Virus record (IMG/VR): IMGVR_UViG_3300048091_000424
Length of the DNA: 48,057 nt
DNA from: a virus
Lineage: Duplodnaviria; Heunggongvirae; Uroviricota; Caudoviricetes
Strand: one strand, 5' to 3'
This document shows positions 40,583 through 46,391 of the stretch, in pieces (the first letter of the stretch is position 1; each line of letters opens with the position of its first letter). Both the position numbers and the translations under genes were made by a program. The notes under the pieces are model-generated. The model was not told where the DNA came from. It searched no databases and was given only the letters and a program-made list of their open reading frames with translations.

Positions 40583-41194
40583 CTACAATTGGACAATCGT
40601 GGCGGTGATTTCAGGTTCAGCAGCGCTGTTCGCTTTAAACTCTTGCATGGCCTTCGTCTTCCAGCCTTCTTTTTGCTTACGCTCTTCGATGTTTTTCTTT
40701 CGGGTTTCCATGAAGTGCTCGGTGATGTCGGCCTCATCCATGTACTCAGGATCCTGGTGGCGATGCACGCTGTAGATCGCGTTCAGCTTACGAACCAAGG
40801 CTGAAGTGATCATGTAGCCAGACAGCGCCCAAGCCGCCAGTTGATACCAGTAGAAGAGATTCCAGTTGGTGATCCATGAGTAATCAAAGCGCTCTGGCCA
40901 ATGCGCGTAGGTGTAGTCGTTGACGGTGACGGAGATCAGCGCGAAAGACAGTACCACCAGTGTTTCCGAGAGCCAGGTTGTCCAGATGCGCTGCGTGGTC
41001 TTATCGAACGCCGGCAGCCCAACAACGATGTTCTCATGCATGACGCGCTTGAACCAATGGGAATTGTCGAGGTGGTTGGCCGCATAACACCAGGTGGCGA
41101 GGACGTTTACAATCGGGATCGGCATCAATAACCCTACGGTCAGAAACGCCTTGAAGCGTCGCACGATAGCCCAAAAGGCCATGAACTTTTTCAT
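40583..41194 (-). CDS. Multi-pass membrane protein
   Basis: Three hydrophobic segments and a charged C-terminal tail. Confidence 0.7.
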   Translation of the reverse strand: MKKFMAFWAIVRRFKAFLTVGLLMPIPIVNVLATWCYAANHLDNSHWFKRVMHENIVVGLPAFDKTTQRIWTTWLSETLVVLSFALISVTVNDYTYAHWPERFDYSWITNWNLFYWYQLAAWALSGYMITSALVRKLNAIYSVHRHQDPEYMDEADITEHFMETRKKNIEERKQKEGWKTKAMQEFKANSAAEPEITATIVQL

Positions 41195-41395
41195 AGTGAA
41201 CAGATACCTGTGTGGTAAGCCCCTACTCCGGACGCTCCATGCGCACGGATGCGGTTGGAACTATAACCACATCGCCACCAGTGTCAATTGAGGCGATATG
41301 TTTACATGGTAAAACTGGAGTGGGAGGCACCAGTGCCCTCCTCTTACGCTCGTTTTCCAAGCCCGCTAAGATTGCTCATCACCAAGGAGAGCAGC

Positions 41396-41626
41396 ATGGC
41401 AAAACAATCAGCAAGCGACCGGCACAGAAGGCTTCTCGCCGGCTGCTGCCCGATTCATGGTATGGGCATGGGACAGGTTGGCCTTTGGCGGCAAAAAGGC
41501 CAAGTCGTGGGTTACCTGGTCGGATGCTGTCGCAGAAACTGCGAGGTGCAAGCCATCCAAGAGCAGGCTGATGGCCCCCTGCAGTTAACGCCGAGGTTCA
41601 GGTATCTGGTGGGGCCCGGCGCATAG
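41396..41626 (+). CDS. Small Cys-rich (possible zinc-binding) protein
   Basis: AAGGAG RBS; CCPIHG...CCRRNC. Confidence 0.55.
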   Translation: MAKQSASDRHRRLLAGCCPIHGMGMGQVGLWRQKGQVVGYLVGCCRRNCEVQAIQEQADGPLQLTPRFRYLVGPGA

Positions 41627-41784
41627 TAAGTGACGCGTGAGCTCCGGTGAAATCGCGCAACGCGTGAGTTGCAAAAAATTGACTGCCTAAAGGTCGGTTG
41701 CAAGGCGAGCCCGTCATGTTCGTTGCCATCTTTTGGATTCAATATTCAATGGTAGGCCTGGTGGAGAGGACGAAACTTGGACAC

Positions 41785-41812
41785 AAAAAAGCCCGAGAAC
41801 GATCTCGGGCTT
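41785..41812 (-). terminator. Intrinsic terminator closing the tRNA-yqeY operon
   Basis: Minus strand GCCCGAGA-TCGT-TCTCGGGC-TTTTTT, just after the YqeY stop codon. Confidence 0.8.
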
Positions 41813-41829
41813 CTTCGTGAAGCTTTTGG

Positions 41830-42237
41830 CTACCCCACCAGATCTTTGGCCACGCGGGAGGCTGTGCCCTTGTCGTACTGGCCAGCATAACGCTTGCCAA
41901 GGTACTTCATTGCCTCACCGATATTGGTCGCGCCACTCAGGCGCAGGGCTTCCCGTAGGGCGTCCTCGCTCATCTCGCTCGGCAGGAATGACTGTAGCTC
42001 CAGGTTCTCGGCTGTCAGTCGGGCATCACCATCGCACAGCTTGATGGTTTCATCGTTGGACTTGATCAGTTTCTTGACCACTGCGACAACTTTATCGTCG
42101 GTGATCTCCAGCCCCTTGCCCTTGGTGAGCGTTTCCAGCTCGCCGACCAGGAGGGTGAGAATCTTGAAACCAATGACCTGGGTCGCGTCCTTTCGCAACT
42201 CAGCCCGTCTGGTTTGTACTGCCTCGAACAAGCTCAT
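41830..42237 (-). CDS. GatB/YqeY domain protein
   Basis: LTLLVGEL...ITDDKVVAVVKKLIKS..ET...E...LQSFLPSEMSED.L...IGEAMKYL...Y.G..D...AS fits free-standing YqeY. Confidence 0.8.
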   Translation of the reverse strand: MSLFEAVQTRRAELRKDATQVIGFKILTLLVGELETLTKGKGLEITDDKVVAVVKKLIKSNDETIKLCDGDARLTAENLELQSFLPSEMSEDALREALRLSGATNIGEAMKYLGKRYAGQYDKGTASRVAKDLVG

Positions 42238-42321
42238 GGTGCATTTTTCCTTCCGATGTTTATGAGGGGTTATGGGTGGCTGAAAACCCTGGACATCCAA
42301 TGACGGACAGGGCGGTTAAGG

Positions 42322-42394
42322 TGGAGCGTCCTATGGGTTTCGAACCCATCTCTCTTGCCTGGCAGACAAGGGCGCAACCCTATACCAAGGACGC
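42322..42394 (-). tRNA. tRNA-Gly(GCC), weak D arm
   Basis: 7-bp acceptor GCGTCCT/AGGACGC, U73, CCA, loop CTGCCAG, T loop TTCGAAA. Confidence 0.75.
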
Positions 42395-42401
42395 AAAATT
42401 G

Positions 42402-42476
42402 TGGCGGGCCTGACAGGATTCGAACCTGTGGTGGACGGATCAAAACCGCCTGCCTTACCAACTTGGCTACAGACCT
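42402..42476 (-). tRNA. tRNA-Gln(TTG)
   Basis: Gln-type D arm GCCAAGTTGGTAAGGC, loop TTTTGAT, CCA; A1-C72 mismatch. Confidence 0.9.
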
Positions 42477-42481
42477 ACATC

Positions 42482-42559
42482 TGGGGTGACTAAAGGGAAT
42501 CGAACCCTTGACCTCCGGTGCCACAAACCGGCGCTCTAACCAACTGAGCTATAACCACC
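42482..42559 (-). tRNA. tRNA-His(GTG)
   Basis: G-1:C73 pair, loop TTGTGGC, CCA. Confidence 0.93.
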
Positions 42560-42606
42560 ATTTACTCTTCACGACTTACAGACGGAACCACCTGTAAGTC
42601 ATTGTT

Positions 42607-42680
42607 TGGAAGACCTGCCTGGATTCGAACCAGGGGTGCCGGGATCAAAACCCAGTGCCTTACCGCTTGGCTACAAGTCC
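42607..42680 (-). tRNA. tRNA-Gln(TTG)
   Basis: D arm GCCAAGCGGTAAGGC, loop TTTTGAT, CCA; G1-U72 and U73 are atypical. Confidence 0.85.
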
Positions 42681-42685
42681 ACAAC

Positions 42686-42762
42686 TGAGGGTGTCCGGAG
42701 GGATTCGAACCCCCGCTATAGTGGCAAGGCCACTACGGTTCTGCCGCTAAACTACAGACACC
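42686..42762 (-). pseudogene. His-like aberrant tRNA (7-bp arm with a 5-nt CCTTG loop; 3' end CTCA)
   Basis: 8-bp acceptor GGTGTCTG/CGGACACC and an intact T arm, but no canonical anticodon loop and no encoded CCA. Confidence 0.65.
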
Positions 42763-42810
42763 ATAAACTTTATACTGACTTACAAGAACTGCTCGTAAGT
42801 CATTGAAAAA

Positions 42811-42885
42811 TGGCGGGCCCTGCTGGACTCGAACCAGCGATGGCGGTATCAGAAACCGCTGCCTTACCAACTTGGCTAAGGGCCT
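42811..42885 (-). tRNA. tRNA-Gln(CTG)
   Basis: Loop TTCTGAT, Gln-type D arm, CCA; A1-C72 mismatch. Confidence 0.92.
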
Positions 42886-42890
42886 TCAAA

Positions 42891-42967
42891 TGGTAGGGAG
42901 TGACGGATTCGAACCGGCGACCCTCTGCTTGTAAGGCAGATGCTCTAACCAACTGAGCTAACCCCCT
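42891..42967 (-). tRNA. tRNA-Val(TAC)
   Basis: Loop CTTACAA, full cloverleaf, CCA. Confidence 0.93.
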
Positions 42968-43043
42968 GAAACTGGTAGCGACCCGCCGCTTCGCTACCGT
43001 GCTTGATGCCCTATCAAGCTCCAGAACCCTACAGGTTCCAATG

Positions 43044-43120
43044 TGGTGGGTGGCGTGAGATTTGAACTCTACGACCTTCCGGTTAAGAGCCGGTTGCTCT
43101 ACCAACTGAGCTAGCCACCC
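43044..43120 (-). tRNA. tRNA-Lys(CTT)
   Basis: Loop CTCTTAA, CCA; one bulged base in the T stem. Confidence 0.88.
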
Positions 43121-43137
43121 GTGAAACTTTTTACCGC

Positions 43138-43347
43138 CTAAGCCTTGTTTTCTGCCGCTTCGGTATCGAACATATCGCCGAATATTGCCAAGTGATCTTC
43201 CCTACTCAGCTTTGACATGCATTGCGCCAGCCGCTGATCCATCTGCTGATTCTGTAACATCAGCCTTTCCAGGTCATCCACCTGCACCTCGACCACCGGT
43301 GCCTCTGCCTGTCTTGCTTTCCGTAGAGCAATTCTCAGTCTTAACAT
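43138..43347 (-). CDS. Small hypothetical protein embedded in the tRNA array
   Basis: AGGA RBS, 69 aa, fills the gap between the tRNA-like RNA and tRNA-Lys(CTT). Confidence 0.55.
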   Translation of the reverse strand: MLRLRIALRKARQAEAPVVEVQVDDLERLMLQNQQMDQRLAQCMSKLSREDHLAIFGDMFDTEAAENKA

Positions 43348-43373
43348 GCGTTGATCCTACGGTGTTGCCTTGT

Positions 43374-43609
43374 TGGTGGAGATGACGGGACTTGAACCCG
43401 TGTGGTCTACGACTAAGGGATTTTCGGCCCTCAGCTCAATGCAGGTTTAGAGTACGCTTCCCTTGCTGCTTTTACCCCACCCTGGGGGAGTGATTACCGA
43501 TCCAGGGCCGCTATAGGTGCTTCTGACACATTCCCCTGATTGATTAGTAGGTGGTTTTTACACCTCGGCTTCTAATTTTAGCCGTGCCTTGCCTCTCAGC
43601 CACATCCCC
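43374..43609 (-). ncRNA. 236-nt tRNA-shaped RNA with an alanine-type acceptor and a large structured insert
   Basis: Acceptor GGGGATG/CATCTCC with G3-U70, A73 and CCA; T arm ACGGG-TTCAAGT-CCCGT; D-like arm GCTGAGAGGCAAGGC; about 170 nt in place of the anticodon/variable region. Confidence 0.75.
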
Positions 43610-43656
43610 TTAACTTTCTCGAAGCTAGATTACAATTAAGCTGTAACCTATTGATT

Positions 43657-43731
43657 TGGCGGGCCATGGAGGACTCGAACCCCCACCAACGGATTTGGAA
43701 TCCGGCATGCTGCCATTACAATCAATGACCC
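43657..43731 (-). tRNA. tRNA-Trp(CCA)
   Basis: Loop TTCCAAA, G73, CCA; weak D stem. Confidence 0.82.
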
Positions 43732-43781
43732 GTGAACTGTGGAGATCTCTCTCCTGGTGCTACGTGTTGCTGTATCAAAAG

Positions 43782-43857
<76 letters not shown>

Positions 43858-43862
43858 GCGTG

Positions 43863-43938
43863 TGGTGGGTGGTGCGAGGTTCGAACTCGCGGCCAGTCGA
43901 TTAAAAGTCGACTGCTCTACCAGCTGAGCTAACCACCC
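43863..43938 (-). tRNA. tRNA-Lys(TTT)
   Basis: Loop CTTTTAA, full cloverleaf, CCA. Confidence 0.95.
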
Positions 43939-44065
43939 GAAAATCCTGGCAGTAACGGACTGCCTCCCGTGCTTGATGAACAGCCCCACGCCTCGCTTTC
44001 ATCCTGTTCAAGACTTAACTTGAACCCCTAAATAAGTGTCGTAACACCCTGTTTTATATCGTATT

Positions 44066-44141
44066 TGGTGGAATCAAAGGGGTTCGAACCCTCGACCTCC
44101 TGCTTGCAAGGCAGGCGCTCTCCCAGCTGAGCTATGACCCC
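44066..44141 (-). tRNA. tRNA-Ala(TGC)
   Basis: Loop CTTGCAA, G3-U70, CCA. Confidence 0.95.
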
Positions 44142-44192
44142 GTTTGTTGCCTGGCACCACCGGCCATTGAGACCGCTCTGTGATGCCGTATG

Positions 44193-44277
44193 TGGTGGGC
44201 CGGGAAGGATTTGAACCTTCGAATCCGTCGGAGGCGGGGTTACAACCCGCTTGCTTTAGCCGCTTGCATACCGACCC
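44193..44277 (-). tRNA. tRNA-Tyr(GTA)
   Basis: Loop TTGTAAC, long variable arm, CCA. Confidence 0.92.
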
Positions 44278-44326
44278 AAAACTGCTGATTTCTACTTTAC
44301 CGGGCCACTCTTTTGCCCTTCAAAAA

Positions 44327-44407
44327 TGGTTCCATGACCAGGGTTCGAACCTGGGCCTCCTACCTACTATTTCAAGGCCTGGACTCTACCGACTGAGTTA
44401 TCACGGA
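44327..44407 (-). pseudogene. Phe-like aberrant tRNA (anticodon arm disrupted, about 5 extra nt)
   Basis: Acceptor TCCGTGA/TCATGGA, D arm, T arm and CCA are intact; the middle CAGGCCTTGAAATAGTAGGTAGGAGGC forms no canonical 5-bp/7-nt arm. Confidence 0.6.
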
Positions 44408-44413
44408 ACAATT

Positions 44414-44489
44414 TGGTGCATGTGGACAGGTTCGAACTGCCGGCCTCACCCTTATCAGGGGTGCGCTCTACCAACTGAGCTACACGTGC
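44414..44489 (-). tRNA. tRNA-Ile(GAT)
   Basis: Loop CTGATAA, CCA. Confidence 0.93.
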
Positions 44490-44535
44490 GTGTTTCGTTT
44501 TGGGAGCAAACCGCCTCCCGATACTGCCTACTATA

Positions 44536-44611
44536 TGGTGCTGAAGACTGGCCTTGAACCAGTGACCTCGGGGTTATGAGTCCCGCGCTCTGCCAACTGA
44601 GCTACATCAGC
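44536..44611 (-). tRNA. tRNA-Met or Ile2 (CAT)
   Basis: Loop CTCATAA, paired G1-C72 (so not an initiator), CCA. Met versus lysidine-Ile cannot be resolved by eye. Confidence 0.88.
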
Positions 44612-44612
44612 G

Positions 44613-44689
44613 TGGTCGGGGGCACGTGATTCGAACACGTGACCAATCGGTTAAAAGCCGATTGCTCTATCCAGCTGAGCTAGCCCCCG
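44613..44689 (-). tRNA. tRNA-Lys(TTT)
   Basis: Loop CTTTTAA, full cloverleaf, CCA. Confidence 0.93.
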
Positions 44690-44852
44690 GTAAATCAAAT
44701 TCTTCGCCCCTTTATCGATAAGGGCATCGCCACATACGAAGTGGGTCGTGTCTCAGCTTCTTGACCTGGTCGAAACCTCGGCGTCTGCTGGTCAACTGTG
44801 TACTCAAACTAGTGTTATAACAACTAACTGCAACTTCTGAGTACGACTTTAT

Positions 44853-44936
44853 TGGTGGGGAAGGAAGGATTCGAACCTTCGAAAAATTAATATCCGATTT
44901 ACAGTCAGACGGCTTTGGCCACTCACCTACTTCCCC
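44853..44936 (-). tRNA. tRNA-Tyr(GTA)
   Basis: Loop CTGTAAA, AT-rich long variable arm, CCA. Confidence 0.92.
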
Positions 44937-44981
44937 GATAAACATTTAAGCGATAACACTTACAAACACTTGCTGAAGACC

Positions 44982-45010
44982 ATTAAATATTGTGTTTTTA
45001 TCGATGTCAA
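44982..45010 (-). promoter_or_regulatory. Internal sigma70-type promoter in the tRNA array
   Basis: TTGACA (45010..45005), N17, TTTAAT (44987..44982), with an AT-rich upstream tract. Confidence 0.7.
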
Positions 45011-45043
45011 CAACTTATTTTCAACTATTAAAACATTAAAATC

Positions 45044-45119
45044 TGGAGATAACGGCGGGACTTGAACCCGCGTAAAAATGATTTGCAATCATTTGCCTAA
45101 CCAACTCAGCCACGTCACC
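45044..45119 (-). tRNA. tRNA-Cys(GCA)
   Basis: Loop TTGCAAA, U73, CCA. Confidence 0.93.
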
Positions 45120-45165
45120 AGAACTAATAGCTACTCAATTTAAACTGCTTGAGTTGCTTTGAAAT

Positions 45166-45241
45166 TGGCTCCCACACCTGGACTCGAACCAGGGACACCG
45201 TGATTAACAGTCACGTACTCTACCAACTGAGCTATATGGGA
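45166..45241 (-). tRNA. tRNA-Asn(GTT)
   Basis: U1-A72, G73, loop CTGTTAA, CCA. Confidence 0.95.
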
Positions 45242-45299
45242 TCTAAACTTTTGAAACCCTTGTAAACTCTGCCTTCCACGCTTTTGAAGGTCTTAAATT

Positions 45300-45375
45300 T
45301 GGCTCCCCCGCCTGGACTCGAACCAGAGACCTGATGATTAACAGTCAACTGCTCTACCAACTGAGCTACAAGGGA
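45300..45375 (-). tRNA. tRNA-Asn(GTT)
   Basis: U1-A72, G73, loop CTGTTAA, CCA. Confidence 0.93.
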
Positions 45376-45424
45376 ATTAAACTTTTACTCGTTCTGCCTT
45401 CCATGCTTTCGAAGGACTTAAAAT

Positions 45425-45500
45425 TGGTGCAGCGAACTGGGATCGAACCAGTGACCAACGGGCTTTCAACTCGTCACTCTACCAACTGAGTTACCGCTGC
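45425..45500 (-). tRNA. tRNA-Phe(GAA), first gene of the array
   Basis: Loop TTGAAAG, A73, CCA. Confidence 0.9.
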
Positions 45501-45526
45501 AATGTGCCGCTTAGTTTCTCCGAGGC

Positions 45527-45631
45527 AAACAAAAACCCCGGAGCTTTTGAAGGCTCCGGGGTTTTGAGTTCCCGTTTTCTTGAGCCTTCACTTGCTTTCG
45601 CTAGTGTAGGCTCCAAACAGGCTACCTACAC
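45527..45631 (-). promoter_or_regulatory. Transcription attenuator (terminator plus antiterminator) upstream of the tRNA array
   Basis: Terminator CCCCGGAGC-CTTCAAAA-GCTCCGGGG-TTTTTGTTT (45561..45527). TGAAGGCTC (45590..45582) is the exact complement of GAGCCTTCA (45556..45548) in the terminator. Further pairings overlap the leader stop codon. Confidence 0.75.
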
Positions 45632-45703
45632 GTGGCGCACACACCACTTGGCAAAATAGTTATTCGCCATCTGTTTCGCTTGGTGGTTAATGTGTGCGTT
45701 CAT
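45626..45703 (-). CDS. 25-aa leader peptide MNAHINHQAKQMANNYFAKWCVRHV
   Basis: GGAG RBS 9 nt before ATG, immediately after the promoter; the stop codon lies inside attenuator stem 1. Below the ORF-track length cut-off. Confidence 0.75.
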   Translation of the reverse strand: MNAHINHQAKQMANNYFAKWCVRHV

Positions 45704-45730
45704 GTTCGGTATCTCCGTTGAGTTGATTTA

Positions 45731-45759
45731 ATTAAATACAACCTTCTAAACCGTGTCAA
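45731..45759 (-). promoter_or_regulatory. Sigma70-type promoter of the leader/tRNA operon
   Basis: TTGACA (45759..45754), N17, TTTAAT (45736..45731), with an A/T UP-like tract upstream. Confidence 0.8.
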
Positions 45760-45839
45760 CAACATTTTTTAAAAAAGTTGAAATTATTTTTAGAGGGGCT
45801 TGGCTAATCGAGGAGCGGCCTCTCCAGATAGTCTTATTA

Positions 45840-46244
45840 CTAAGGGCTTGGTGACGACTCTTCAGCAGCTTCGTATTTTTGCCGAAGTCTGTCAGCACTC
45901 ATCCAGGCGCAATCCTCAAACCCCTGGGTGAACTCATAACCTCTACGCTTGAGTGCATCCTTTAACAGCGGGCTGATAATCGACTGAACGAACACAGATA
46001 ACCCATGCTGGCTGGAAACCCGTTCTGCGTGATCCAAGAATTGGCGAAATACGCCCTGCCCTTTATGCCTGTCATCAACCTCAACGTCGGCGATGTCGAG
46101 GGTACGACCAACAGTAGATCCCATAAACCGAGTGGTAAGGCGAACATACACCTTCAGTGGGCCCATGGAGAGTTTCTTGCGAGCAACTTGCTTTGCCGCG
46201 TTGTCACGGATGAAATGATCGAGCTCTTGAAACGAGGTGCTCAT
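45840..46244 (-). CDS. GNAT-family acetyltransferase-like protein with EESSPSP tail
   Basis: LDIADVEVDDRHKGQGVFRQFL...L..ALKRRGY (acetyl-CoA binding motif A); start placed at MSTSF. Confidence 0.65.
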   Translation of the reverse strand: MSTSFQELDHFIRDNAAKQVARKKLSMGPLKVYVRLTTRFMGSTVGRTLDIADVEVDDRHKGQGVFRQFLDHAERVSSQHGLSVFVQSIISPLLKDALKRRGYEFTQGFEDCAWMSADRLRQKYEAAEESSPSP

Positions 46245-46391
46245 CGCCGTTTCCCTATCCTTAATCTCGTCATTATGCGCGACCGTCCATGCTGGGCGCC
46301 AGTGAAACGGATAGTGGCGGTATTTGGATACCCATTGCGCCTCTGACATACTGGTACTACTACGTAAGCTAGCGCAAGAGGTCACCGCTCA

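Noticed and set aside
43425-43579. Functional group I intron in a tRNA-Leu(UAA)
   Set aside because: About 155 nt is below the size of known self-splicing introns; no P7 GACUA/UAGUC pair, no U-G pair at the 5' splice site, and the exons would not rebuild an anticodon stem. Kept only as a possible ancestry.
43374-43609. Confident tmRNA (ssrA) call
   Set aside because: Has a D stem-like arm, is too short, and lacks a canonical resume context and an ...AA-stop tag; cannot be supported without a covariance-model search.
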